Notes under the pieces: model-generated
What the model was told of the DNA's origin: nothing
The model's database searches: none
What the model saw: the letters and a program-made list of their open reading frames with translations, nothing else
Made by a program: the position numbers and the translations under genes
Origin: an uncultured Bacteroidota bacterium
GTDB lineage: Bacteria > Bacteroidota > Bacteroidia > Bacteroidales > FEN-979
Assembly (NCBI GenBank): GCA_937900965.1
Contig: CALCGJ010000159.1
Coordinates: 1-62,132 of the forward strand
Direction of reading: 5' to 3'
DNA length: 62,132 nucleotides
Part shown: piece by piece, positions 36,812 to 45,902 of the stretch
Numbering within the stretch: the first letter of the stretch is position 1
Layout: each line of letters starts with the position of its first letter

Positions 36812-37922
36812 AATTGTCCTGCATAATTTCAAGAACTATCCCGAAGGAGAATTTGTTTTTTCAGATAAAATCAACTGTTTTGTTGGAAATAATGGAGTAG
36901 GGAAGACGAACCTGCTCGATGCAATCCATTACCTCTCATTTTGCAAAAGTTATTTCAATCCCAGTGATGCCCAGAATATTCGTCATGAAGCTGATTTTTT
37001 TGCCATTCAGGGAAATTATTACCGTCAGAACGACACCATTGAGCAGCTGCAATGCATCCAGAAACGGAATCAAAGAAAGAAATTTCTTTACAATAAAAAG
37101 GAGTATGACCGATTAGCCGATCATATTGGTCAGTTTCCTCTTGTAATGATTTCCCCATATGACCGGGATCTGATTAACGATGGCAGTGATTTACGCAGAC
37201 GATACACCGACAGTGTTATCGCTCAATTCGACAAACTCTACCTTGACGATCTTATCAACTACAACAAAGCGCTCCACCAGCGGAATACACTCCTGAAATC
37301 ATTTGTTGAAAAGAGATATTTTGATGCAGAAACTCTCGATATCTGGAGTGAACAGATGGTTGCACTTGGGACAAATATATTTCAGAGGCGAAGTGATTTT
37401 CTGAAAGAGTTCATCCCTCTTTTCCAGCACTATTTCAGTTTCATCAGCGGAGGGAAAGAAAAGGTGGATATGAACTATCAGAGTCAATTACATGCCGGAC
37501 CATTAAGCGGCCTGATGAAGCAAGCGGTTGAGCGCGATCGTTCTGCACTCTTTTCCACGGTGGGAATCCATAAAGATGACCTGGAGTTTCTTATGGATGG
37601 ATTTCCATTGAAAAGATATGGTTCTCAGGGCCAGCAAAAGTCCTTTGTGATTGCTGTCAAACTTGCACAGTTTGAATATACGCGTAAGGTTAACGGATTC
37701 AAACCCATCCTGTTGCTGGATGACATCTTTGATAAACTCGATGACCACCGGGTTCAGCAGGTGATCAGACTGGTTAGTGAGAACAGTTTCGGACAGGTCT
37801 TTATTACGGATACACAAGAAGATAGTATACGGAAGATATTTGATCCGCTTGAGATCGATCATAAGATCTTCCGAATCAACGGAGATCAGTCAGGATCTTC
37901 TGCCGGGATTAGCTCAGACTGA
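36798..37922 (+). CDS. recF: DNA replication and repair protein RecF
   Basis: Start MHLHKIVLHNFKNY..., Walker A GNNGVGKTNLLDA, signature GSQGQQKS and Walker B LLLDDIFDKLD. The gene overlaps the ispH end by 14 nt. Confidence 0.92.
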   Translation: MHLHKIVLHNFKNYPEGEFVFSDKINCFVGNNGVGKTNLLDAIHYLSFCKSYFNPSDAQNIRHEADFFAIQGNYYRQNDTIEQLQCIQKRNQRKKFLYNKKEYDRLADHIGQFPLVMISPYDRDLINDGSDLRRRYTDSVIAQFDKLYLDDLINYNKALHQRNTLLKSFVEKRYFDAETLDIWSEQMVALGTNIFQRRSDFLKEFIPLFQHYFSFISGGKEKVDMNYQSQLHAGPLSGLMKQAVERDRSALFSTVGIHKDDLEFLMDGFPLKRYGSQGQQKSFVIAVKLAQFEYTRKVNGFKPILLLDDIFDKLDDHRVQQVIRLVSENSFGQVFITDTQEDSIRKIFDPLEIDHKIFRINGDQSGSSAGISSD

Positions 37923-37977
37923 CCAACTTTGCGGATATAAATCATAAGTGTAATTTTATACCTTGTAAACCCTTACT

Positions 37978-38268
37978 GTGAAAAAAGCCAATGATTATAC
38001 ACTTCGCGAAGCCATTCAGGATTTTCTGAATGCTTACCGGCTGGATGATAAACTGTTGGAAAGGAAAGCGATTGAATCGTGGGGGAAAGTAATGGGAAAG
38101 ATGGTCAGTAATCATACAACAGATCTGTATATCCGGAACAAAATACTTTACGTAAAAGTAGATTCAGCTGCTCTGCGCAGCGAACTCAACTATGCCCGTG
38201 AAAAAATTTGCGATGCGCTGAATAAAGAGGTCAAAGGAGAGGTCATCACGGCGGTGGTGATCAGATAA
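37978..38268 (+). CDS. DUF721 domain-containing protein (RecF-associated)
   Basis: 96 aa with a GTG start, WGKVMGKMVSNHTTDLYIRNKILYVKVDSAALRSEL, in the conserved position after recF. Confidence 0.75.
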   Translation: MKKANDYTLREAIQDFLNAYRLDDKLLERKAIESWGKVMGKMVSNHTTDLYIRNKILYVKVDSAALRSELNYAREKICDALNKEVKGEVITAVVIR

Positions 38269-38272
38269 ATTT

Positions 38273-38356
38273 CCGAATGATTCGATTTTCGAACGCACCC
38301 CTAAATCCCCTGAAGGGGACTTATTCCTCCCCTCAAAGGGGAGGTTAGGAGGGGTC
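38273..38356. repeat. REP-like double-hairpin element (copy A) with flanking CCGAATGATTCGATTTTCGAA motif
   Basis: CCCCTAAATCCCCTGAAGGGGACTT gives an 8-bp stem with a tetraloop, and CCTCCCCTCAAAGGGGAGG gives an 8-bp stem. The element lies between the convergent DUF721 and FAH genes. Related copies are at 47684-47832 and 60856-60950. Confidence 0.85.
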
Positions 38357-38370
38357 ATTCTTTCCAGAAA

Positions 38371-38982
38371 TTATTTTACGGCACAGTTCAACATTTTTTC
38401 TCCTTCAATATATCCTTCCAGTACATCTCCAATCCTGACCGGGCCAACGCCTGCCGGAGTTCCCGTGAAGATCATGTCGCCGGTTCGAAGGGTGACGAAC
38501 CGTGATGCATGAGCAATGATCTCGTCAAAGGGATAGATCATAAGGGAGGTGTTGCCTTGCTGAACTGACTCCCCGTTGAGCCGCAAACTGAAATTGATGT
38601 CTTTCGGATCAGGAAAATCAGATTTCGGGACAAAGTTACTCATGGGGGCCGACTGGTCGAAACCTTTAGCTGTGAACCAGGGGAGGCCTGCTTTTTTGGC
38701 ACGATCCTGGATGTCACGAGCTGTAAAATCAATACCCACTCCGATTTTGTCATAGTAAGTATGTGCAAACCGGGTCTGAATATTTTTTCCAACCTTACAG
38801 ATCTTAAGGACTAACTCTATCTCGTAATGAATGTCTGAGGAGAATTCGGGATAGTAGAATGGTCTGTTCCGGGTCAGCAAAGCTGTATCGGGTTTGAAAA
38901 AAAATACCGGTTCAGCCGGTACTGCATTCCCCAACTCCTTGATATGGGCATGGTAGTTTCGTCCGATACAAATAATTTTCAT
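38371..38982 (-). CDS. Fumarylacetoacetate hydrolase (FAH) family protein
   Basis: 203 aa with MKIICIGRNYHAHIKELGN...PVFFFKP...YEIELVLKI...GDMIFTGTPAGVG. Confidence 0.85.
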   Translation of the reverse strand: MKIICIGRNYHAHIKELGNAVPAEPVFFFKPDTALLTRNRPFYYPEFSSDIHYEIELVLKICKVGKNIQTRFAHTYYDKIGVGIDFTARDIQDRAKKAGLPWFTAKGFDQSAPMSNFVPKSDFPDPKDINFSLRLNGESVQQGNTSLMIYPFDEIIAHASRFVTLRTGDMIFTGTPAGVGPVRIGDVLEGYIEGEKMLNCAVK

Positions 38983-38987
38983 AATTG

Positions 38988-39827
38988 CTATTCGAAAAGC
39001 TTTAGTTTTCCGTCATCATTAGGTGTTAATTTCTCACGCAGCTTTATTAATGTAACCACTTTCTTCGTAGACCTGGGGAACTCGCTTTTCATGATCCAAT
39101 CATAATAAGAGGGCTCACGCTGGAAGACTTCCGTAACGGGTTTCCCTTTGTGTTTACCGAAGTTGAAAACTTCTACCTGTTTGGAATTGAATACAATGTG
39201 TCCAATCAGGTCGACATTGTTGGTTTTGTGGGAGAATTCACTCAGGGCATTAACGTCATTTACCACCGGTGTCGACAGGTTGCCCTCTTTGTCTTTGAAC
39301 TCCCTGTCCTTATACGTGTCGAGTTGAGATTTCAGAATCTCATAAGTGGCGATTGTATCAGCTTCAGCGCTATGGGCATTTATCAGCTCTTTGCCACAAT
39401 AAAACTGATAAGCAGCCGCGAGGTTTCTGGGCTCCATCCTGTGAAAGATAGTCTGTATATCAACGAGACGGCGTCCTTTCAAATCGAAATCCACATCCAC
39501 GCGTAAAAACTCCTCTACAAGCAAAGGGATGTCGAAATGGTTGGAATTGTAACCCGCCAGATCGCATGAGTCGAGAAACCTGGCCAGTTCTGGGGCCACC
39601 TGTCGGAATGTGGGAGAATCTTTCACATCTTCATCAGTGATGCCGTGTATTTCTGTTGATTCCCACGGTATCATCATCTCAGGATTGATCCGGAGGGTTT
39701 TGATGTCGGTGGATCCATCAGGTTGGGCACGAAGGATGCATATTTCTACAATCCGGTCCGTAGCTACTTTGATGCCGGTTGTTTCCAGGTCGATGAAAGC
39801 CAAGGGCCGGGTCAGGTTCAGGTCCAT
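38988..39827 (-). CDS. DnaQ-like 3'-5' exonuclease
   Basis: The start is set at ATG 39827 (MDLNLTRPLAFIDLETTG, ExoI motif). Later motifs are GYNSNHFDIPLL (ExoII) and HSAEADT (ExoIII). It begins 1 nt after the E2 stop. Confidence 0.8.
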   Translation of the reverse strand: MDLNLTRPLAFIDLETTGIKVATDRIVEICILRAQPDGSTDIKTLRINPEMMIPWESTEIHGITDEDVKDSPTFRQVAPELARFLDSCDLAGYNSNHFDIPLLVEEFLRVDVDFDLKGRRLVDIQTIFHRMEPRNLAAAYQFYCGKELINAHSAEADTIATYEILKSQLDTYKDREFKDKEGNLSTPVVNDVNALSEFSHKTNNVDLIGHIVFNSKQVEVFNFGKHKGKPVTEVFQREPSYYDWIMKSEFPRSTKKVVTLIKLREKLTPNDDGKLKLFE

Positions 39828-39828
39828 A

Positions 39829-41175
39829 TTAAAGAGTTTGTTTGGTGTCGAATGTTTCGAGATGCCCAACCAGTTTGTTGAGAAACTCTCCGGCCATTGC
39901 GCCGTTTACTACCCGGTGGTCGAAAGTGACTGAAAGAAACATCATCTGACGTATCCCGATTGTGTCGCCTTCCGGAGTTTCTACAACCACCGGACGCTTG
40001 GTTATTGAACCAATAGCGACGATGGCAGCCTGTGGCTGGTTTATAATAGGTGTTCCCATCAGTGTGCCAAAGGATCCCAGGTTGGTCAGGGATATTGTCC
40101 CTCCGGTAATCTCGTCGGGTACCAGCTTGCTTTGTCTGGCCCGATTGGCCAGGTCGGTCACCTGTTTGGTGATTCCAAGGAGGCTTTTCTGATCAGCATC
40201 CCGGATCACTGGTACAATCAGGTTAGAATTCGGGAGCGCAACGGCCATACCCACATTGATCCGCTTGTGTACAAGGATCCGGGTGCCATCTACCGATACG
40301 TTGATCATAGGGACATCACGCACAGCCCTGGCAATTGCCTCTATCACGATGGGGGTGTATGTAAGCTTGATCCCTTCCCGTTTGAGAAAGGATTCTTTGT
40401 GCTTCGCCCTCCATTGGACAATGGCAGTCATATCGGCTTCTATAAATGAGGTGACATGCGGTGATGTTTGGACCGATTTAACCATGTGGGTTGCAATCAA
40501 CTGACGAATCCGATCCATCTCAATCACCTGGTCGGTTGCAGTCACAGGTAACCCTTGTGAATCCTGGGATTGTGTAGATTGTGGGGTGGGGGAGGTTGAC
40601 CTTTTTTCAAGATAATTCAGGAGATCCTGTTTGGTGAGCCGGTCGTTTTTACCCGACCCCGGGATCGCACCCAACTCCTGGAATGAGATATTCTCCTGCA
40701 TGGCGATGCTGCGTACCAATGGAGAGTAAAACCGCGTACCACCCTCTCCCGGTTCATGAGGCATCTCCCCGGGAGGAGTTGTCTCCCCGGGGGGAGTTAT
40801 CTTCCAGGGACCAGGTATCTCACTGGCGACCGCGACCTCACTGGCTTCGGGATCTTCAGCTGCCTCGTCCTTCGTTCCTCGTCCCTCGTCCTTTTCAACC
40901 ACCGAAGCTTCAGCGGAGGTGGTCGTAACTTCACCCTCCACTTCAAGTACTGCGATAATCTTTCCAACAGGGACTACATCTCCCTCATCAGCCATTTTTT
41001 TCAGAAAGGTTCCGGAAACAGGGGAGGTTACTTCCGTATCCACTTTGTCTGTTGCGATTTCTGCAATCGGGTCCTCTTCATTCACCTTGTCTCCCTCTTT
41101 CTTAAGCCAGCGCGTCAGTGTCGCTTCAATTACAGCTTCTCCAAGACGTGGAAGAACGATATCATAATTTGCCAT
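39829..41175 (-). CDS. 2-oxoacid dehydrogenase E2 component (dihydrolipoamide acyltransferase)
   Basis: 448 aa with a lipoyl domain (IAEIATDKVDTEV), a peripheral-subunit-binding domain (SPLVRSIAMQENI) and a catalytic domain (SVTFDHRVVNGA). The inter-domain linker contains repeat-derived segments. Confidence 0.9.
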   Translation of the reverse strand: MANYDIVLPRLGEAVIEATLTRWLKKEGDKVNEEDPIAEIATDKVDTEVTSPVSGTFLKKMADEGDVVPVGKIIAVLEVEGEVTTTSAEASVVEKDEGRGTKDEAAEDPEASEVAVASEIPGPWKITPPGETTPPGEMPHEPGEGGTRFYSPLVRSIAMQENISFQELGAIPGSGKNDRLTKQDLLNYLEKRSTSPTPQSTQSQDSQGLPVTATDQVIEMDRIRQLIATHMVKSVQTSPHVTSFIEADMTAIVQWRAKHKESFLKREGIKLTYTPIVIEAIARAVRDVPMINVSVDGTRILVHKRINVGMAVALPNSNLIVPVIRDADQKSLLGITKQVTDLANRARQSKLVPDEITGGTISLTNLGSFGTLMGTPIINQPQAAIVAIGSITKRPVVVETPEGDTIGIRQMMFLSVTFDHRVVNGAMAGEFLNKLVGHLETFDTKQTL

Positions 41176-41244
41176 AGCAACTAAATTCAGGATTAAAACA
41201 CAAAGATAGCAATTTTCTTATTTATATAGAATCAAAATAGGGTT

Positions 41245-43212
41245 TTACCTGCGACCAAGATCCCGGAATCCTTTCAGGATGATATTGACATCGTTGGTAA
41301 TTTTATAATCCCTTGCGTAAAGAATGTTGAGGCGTGCAATCGCCTCTCCGGGTACAGGTTTGTTATGAAACGCATCAAAGGGGTTGAGAACTCCCTTTTT
41401 TATTGAAGGAAGGCGATGTGTTTCTGATTCACTTAACTCTGAATAGCTAACCCAGGAACGAAGATTTATCAGAACCAGGAAGATATTCCTGAGCAATCCA
41501 ATAGGATTTTTTACCAGGAAAAAGACAAGAGGATAAAGTGCCAGAAGCATAAAACTGGTCAGGACATCCAGAAGCCGTTTATTTCTCCTGTTGTCCATTT
41601 TCGTGATGGAATTAATATCGATCACATAGAGGTCGCCAGAGGTGTTAATAGAATTGCTCCCGATAATACTGAGACTTTCGGGAGGGGCTATTTTATAGTC
41701 AACCTGCTGCTCATTCAGTTCCGACATCTGATCCATGATCTCCTGGGAGGGAACATCTTTGGCGCAGAAGATCACCTCGTCGATGTTATGGATCCAGATA
41801 ATCTCCCGAATCTGCCCAAGATGACCGATGAATCCGTTAGAGTTGTCTCTGTGATGCTTATAACTGACAAGTCCAATGAATCCTGGATTGATGACTGTCT
41901 GTCTCAACAGCTCAGAGACGCGCTCCGCTTCATCTTTCTCACCGATAATTATAAACCGTTTATTTTTATCCTCGTTGATCTGAAAATTCTTCAGGTTCAG
42001 GATATGCAGAAAGAACCGTGTGGTCAGCATAGCGATCAGCCCCCAAACTGCTCCGAGAATAATCAGGGCCCTGGAGAAACGGTAAGATTCGGGGAGCAGA
42101 CTGTAAAGGATAAGGATAATAAATGTCCCCACTATCATTCCCTGAGTAACCTTCCGTAACCGGATCGGCCTGTCGTATCCGCCACTCAGGTAAACGCTTA
42201 TAAGCCAGATCAGGACGTAAATCGGGACGGCAACAAACATAAATAGCATTGGATAATGACCCCCTGACTGGAAGATGAAATGTTTTTCCCAATACTCCTT
42301 GATGAACCAGATACCGCCAAGGATCAATACAGAATCGGTTACAGGGAGTGCTACACGTGTGAGGAACCTGGTGGTAATTGAGATTGTGGCACGGAGATAT
42401 ATCGCTAAATTGATCAGCATGGAATACATCCGGGCATTCTTCTTTGAGAAATGCTTTCGGGCAAAAACGATCATTGCATTGTAGAAAAAGAAGACGTAGT
42501 TGACACTGCTTTTTTTGGTGCTCTCCCCTTTGTAATGAATGATTCTTGTGCCGGGAAAATAGTAGTTCTTATAACCGGCCTTGGTAATCCGGTAACTAAG
42601 ATCAATGTCTTCACCGTACATAAAAAACTCCTCATCCAGAAGCCCGATATCATCCAGCACAGTTTTTCTGACCATCATAAAAGCTCCTGCAAGGACATCG
42701 ACTTCGTGAGTCTTGTTTTTATCAAGATATCCAAGGTTGTACTTGTTGAACAATTTCGATTTTGGAAAAAGCGAAGAGAATCCGAACATTTTGAAAAAAG
42801 CAACGGAGGGTGATGGAAGTCCCCGTTTTGATTCGGGAAGGAATTTGCCTTTCCCATCAATCATTTTAACACCAAGTCCGCCTGCATCCGGATGGTCGTC
42901 CATAAAGTTCACACACTTCGTAAGCGTGTCATCTTCCAGGATGGTATCGGGATTGAGTATCAGGATATACTTGCCTTTGGCTTTCTTTATAGCCTGGTTA
43001 TTGGCCTTCGAGAACCCTTTATTGTCTTTGTTCTCAATAAGATGTACCTCCGGGAATTTCTCCCTGATCATGCGAACTGACCCGTCAACCGAGTTGTTAT
43101 CGACTACAAAGACTTCAGCAGTAAGTCCGTTTACAGCTTTCTGGATCGAATGGATACACTGCTCAACGAAATACTTTACATTGTAGTTAACGATGACGAT
43201 AGATAATTGCAT
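41245..43212 (-). CDS. Family 2 glycosyltransferase fused to a polytopic membrane / sugar-transferase-like C-terminal region
   Basis: 655 aa. The N-terminal GT-A domain has IVIVNYN...VVDNNSVDGS...NPDT. A middle region has ~6 TM helices. The C-terminus has KRLLDVLTSFMLLALYPLVFF, resembling polyprenyl-phosphate sugar transferases. Confidence 0.75.
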   Translation of the reverse strand: MQLSIVIVNYNVKYFVEQCIHSIQKAVNGLTAEVFVVDNNSVDGSVRMIREKFPEVHLIENKDNKGFSKANNQAIKKAKGKYILILNPDTILEDDTLTKCVNFMDDHPDAGGLGVKMIDGKGKFLPESKRGLPSPSVAFFKMFGFSSLFPKSKLFNKYNLGYLDKNKTHEVDVLAGAFMMVRKTVLDDIGLLDEEFFMYGEDIDLSYRITKAGYKNYYFPGTRIIHYKGESTKKSSVNYVFFFYNAMIVFARKHFSKKNARMYSMLINLAIYLRATISITTRFLTRVALPVTDSVLILGGIWFIKEYWEKHFIFQSGGHYPMLFMFVAVPIYVLIWLISVYLSGGYDRPIRLRKVTQGMIVGTFIILILYSLLPESYRFSRALIILGAVWGLIAMLTTRFFLHILNLKNFQINEDKNKRFIIIGEKDEAERVSELLRQTVINPGFIGLVSYKHHRDNSNGFIGHLGQIREIIWIHNIDEVIFCAKDVPSQEIMDQMSELNEQQVDYKIAPPESLSIIGSNSINTSGDLYVIDINSITKMDNRRNKRLLDVLTSFMLLALYPLVFFLVKNPIGLLRNIFLVLINLRSWVSYSELSESETHRLPSIKKGVLNPFDAFHNKPVPGEAIARLNILYARDYKITNDVNIILKGFRDLGRR

Positions 43213-43241
43213 ATCAGAGGATCAATCGGATTGTAAAAGTA

Positions 43242-43832
43242 TTAAAAATACCCTTGATCAATTAATAAAATGATCTCTTCTATTTGCCGGTCCTCTCCTT
43301 CAGGATCATATCCTGTTTTCAGATCATATCCAAAAATGGTTGCCAGGGCTTGCCAGATGAAAGCCGTGAATTTTCCACGAAGTTCCCTTACGATCTCAAA
43401 AGAAGAGTTACCTGTTTGCCTGTAGATCAGTTTGATAAGGATTTTCCCCTGTGAAAATGTGAAGTTCTTGATATCCTCCCCAAACTCATCCTCCAACTGC
43501 TTTTCAGCAGATTTAACATATTTTCTCCGCTCTCTTTCATTGGTGATTGTGTCCATTACCTGCTTGAACTCTTCTAACTTTTCACCGGCCAGTTTGGCGT
43601 AAGGATATACTTTCTGGATATTGTATACCAGTTTGGTATACCGAACCCGGTTTCGGCGGTTCTTGAACTCATAGGGTGGAAAAACGTAAACTGACTTGAC
43701 CTCAACCAGGGGAACGGTATCACCATCGAGAATTTTTCCGGGTACCACCTTCGACAGAGTATCCGGGTCCTGGGCCTGTAGGAAAGGATAGGCAACAAGC
43801 GTAGTTAAGATAAAGAGAATAAATTTATTCAT
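43242..43832 (-). CDS. DUF4294 domain-containing protein
   Basis: 196 aa with a signal peptide, YTKLVYNIQKVYPYAKLAG and FSQGKILIKLIYRQTGNSSFEIVRELRG, as in DUF4294 (from memory). Confidence 0.65.
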   Translation of the reverse strand: MNKFILFILTTLVAYPFLQAQDPDTLSKVVPGKILDGDTVPLVEVKSVYVFPPYEFKNRRNRVRYTKLVYNIQKVYPYAKLAGEKLEEFKQVMDTITNERERRKYVKSAEKQLEDEFGEDIKNFTFSQGKILIKLIYRQTGNSSFEIVRELRGKFTAFIWQALATIFGYDLKTGYDPEGEDRQIEEIILLIDQGYF

Positions 43833-43866
43833 CAGTAATTAAAACACTGATATTCCGGGTTTATTA

Positions 43867-45099
43867 TCAGGCAACGCGAAGTCTTGCCATACTGGTTTTG
43901 CCGAAATTTTTCTCTACAAAAGCTCGTGTTACCCGCAACGATTTTACCGTCCCCCGAGAAGGAATCTCAAACATCTCATCAGTCATGACAGCTTCAAGGA
44001 TTGAACGTAGCCCCCGTGCTCCAAGTTTGAATTCAATCGATTTTTCGACCATGTAATCCAGGGCACTGTTATCAAAACTGAGCTTGATGTTGTCCATCTC
44101 AAACAGTTTGATATACTGCTTGGTAAGCGCATTCTTCGGTTCGGTCAGAATACGTTTGAGTGTAGCTTTATCGAGGGAGTGCATAAAGGTGACGATGGGC
44201 AACCTTCCCACAAGTTCAGGAATCAATCCATAACTTTTCAGATCGACCGGTGAAATATACTGCAGAAGGTTCTCTTTGTCAACAGACTCCTTCTTCGCAG
44301 ATTTAAACCCGATTATATTGGTCTGAAGTCTGTTGGCTATTTTCTTTTCGATCCCGTCAAATGCTCCGCCTGTTATGAAGAGAATATTTTGTGTGTTGAT
44401 CTGGATCATTTTTTGTTCGGGGTGCTTTCGCCCTCCCTGTGGAGGTACGTTCACGATGGCCCCTTCCAGCATTTTGAGCAGCGCTTGCTGCACCCCTTCT
44501 CCCGACACATCCCGGGTGATGGATGGGTTGTCGCTTTTCCGGGCGATCTTATCGATCTCGTCGATGAAAACAATACCCCGCTCAGCAGCAGCTACATTAT
44601 AGTCGGCAACCTGGAGCAGTCGGGCGAGAATGCTCTCCACATCTTCTCCAACATATCCGGCTTCTGTGAGGGCTGTAGCATCAGCAATGCAGAAAGGGAC
44701 ATTGAGCATCCTTGCCACAGATCTGGCCAGGAGGGTTTTACCTGTACCGGTTTCTCCAAGAACGACAATGTTGGCTTTTTCGATCTCTACATCGTCATCG
44801 TGAGCCTTCTTAGCGTAGAAAATTCGCTTGTAATGGTTGTAAACCGCCACAGAGATGATCCGTTTGGCCTCTTCCTGGCCGATTACATATTGATCAATGT
44901 AACTCTTGATCTCAGCAGGTTTAAGCAGTTTGAAATCGGGAACCGACTTGGTTTTATCCGAAATCATCTCCTCATCCATGATCACTGTTGCTTGCTGGAT
45001 ACAGTGATCGCAGATGTGGGCATTCAAGCCGGCAATCAGGATTTGAGTTTCCTTCCGTTCACGCCCGCAAAAGGAGCACCGTTCATTGCTTTTTGCCAT
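43867..45099 (-). CDS. clpX: ATP-dependent Clp protease ATP-binding subunit ClpX
   Basis: 410 aa with a zinc ribbon (CSFCGR...CDHC), Walker [12 protein letters not shown], Walker B VFIDEIDK and the GYVGEDV pore loop. Confidence 0.97.
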   Translation of the reverse strand: MAKSNERCSFCGRERKETQILIAGLNAHICDHCIQQATVIMDEEMISDKTKSVPDFKLLKPAEIKSYIDQYVIGQEEAKRIISVAVYNHYKRIFYAKKAHDDDVEIEKANIVVLGETGTGKTLLARSVARMLNVPFCIADATALTEAGYVGEDVESILARLLQVADYNVAAAERGIVFIDEIDKIARKSDNPSITRDVSGEGVQQALLKMLEGAIVNVPPQGGRKHPEQKMIQINTQNILFITGGAFDGIEKKIANRLQTNIIGFKSAKKESVDKENLLQYISPVDLKSYGLIPELVGRLPIVTFMHSLDKATLKRILTEPKNALTKQYIKLFEMDNIKLSFDNSALDYMVEKSIEFKLGARGLRSILEAVMTDEMFEIPSRGTVKSLRVTRAFVEKNFGKTSMARLRVA

Positions 45100-45108
45100 T
45101 TTGGAAGC

Positions 45109-45783
45109 TTATTTAGCTGGTTTGGATTTTACCAGAATCTCATCAATCATTCCGTAATCCAGCGCTTCCTGGGAGGTCATCCAGTAGTCGCGATCGGCAT
45201 CTTTCAGGATCTTGTTGTATGTTTGACTGCTATGCAAAGCGATGATCTCATAAAGTTCTTTTTTCAACTTCTGGATCTCCCGGGCTGTAATCTCTATATC
45301 AGATGCCTGTCCATGCGCAGATCCCATAGGTTGGTGGATCAGGATACGGGAATGCTTCAGAGCAGTCCTTTTCCCTTTTGCGCCTGCGCAAAGCAGGATC
45401 GCACCCATCGAAGCAGCCATTCCTGTACATATAGTCGCTATGTCGGGAGCAATGTAGAGCATGGTGTCGTAAATGCCCAATCCGGCATAAACAGATCCTC
45501 CGGGGGTATTGAGGTAGATCTGAATATCTTTCCGGGAATCGACAGACTCCAGAAAGAGCAACTGAGCCTGGATGATGTTGGCCACATAGTCATCAATTGG
45601 AACTCCCAGGAATATGATACGGTCCATCATCAATCGGGAGAAGACGTCCATAGTCGCTATATTTAACTGCCTCTCTTCGATGATGGTGGGAGATATGTAG
45701 TTCGCTGTCAGTGATTTGTATTTTTCGAGACCCAGAGTGCTGATCCCTTTGTGCCGGGTTGCGTATTTTGAGAATTCGTCCAT
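45109..45783 (-). CDS. clpP: ATP-dependent Clp protease proteolytic subunit ClpP
   Basis: The start is set at ATG 45783 (MDEFSKY...). The catalytic Ser context is GMAASMG and the His context is RILIHQP. The ORF-track extension (MTDVTVVTVVTVVTIVT...) is the translated 9-mer array. Confidence 0.95.
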   Translation of the reverse strand: MDEFSKYATRHKGISTLGLEKYKSLTANYISPTIIEERQLNIATMDVFSRLMMDRIIFLGVPIDDYVANIIQAQLLFLESVDSRKDIQIYLNTPGGSVYAGLGIYDTMLYIAPDIATICTGMAASMGAILLCAGAKGKRTALKHSRILIHQPMGSAHGQASDIEITAREIQKLKKELYEIIALHSSQTYNKILKDADRDYWMTSQEALDYGMIDEILVKSKPAK

Positions 45784-45829
45784 AGAAAGTGATTTACAAT
45801 TTTGGTTATACGATAAAATATTGTGGTTT

Positions 45830-45901
45830 GTTACAATCGTAACAATCGTAACAATCGTAACGACCGTAACGACCGTAACGACCGTAACGTCCGTCACGAT
45901 T
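45830..45901. repeat. 9-mer tandem array (GTAACRAYC)x8
   Basis: gttacaatc gtaacaatc x2, gtaacgacc x3, gtaacgtcc, gtcacgatt. The array lies between the tig stop (45903) and the clpP start. Confidence 0.95.
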
Positions 45902-45902
45902 C

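Noticed and set aside
38164-38358. Short ORFs translated across the REP-like elements (38164-38358, 47647-47862, 60754-60990) that share ...GDLGV... and ...PLKG... peptides.
   Set aside because: The shared peptide similarity comes from the palindromic DNA element read in either orientation. The ORFs have no starts with promoter context and overlap terminator-like hairpins.
44389-45666. 425-aa ORF on the plus strand spanning clpX and clpP.
   Set aside because: It is entirely antisense to two highly conserved genes. It has no recognisable motifs and a composition typical of a shadow frame, so it was treated as a non-coding antisense ORF.
45784-45897. N-terminal extensions in the ORF track for clpP (VTVVTVVTIVT...), parA (to 32631), ispH (from 35747), the DppC-type permease (to 50485), the exonuclease (to 39869), aroQ (from 58989) and hydC (to 21956).
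   Set aside because: The extensions translate repeat arrays, promoter boxes or a riboswitch, and the conserved protein N-termini begin at internal start codons. Shorter models were adopted.
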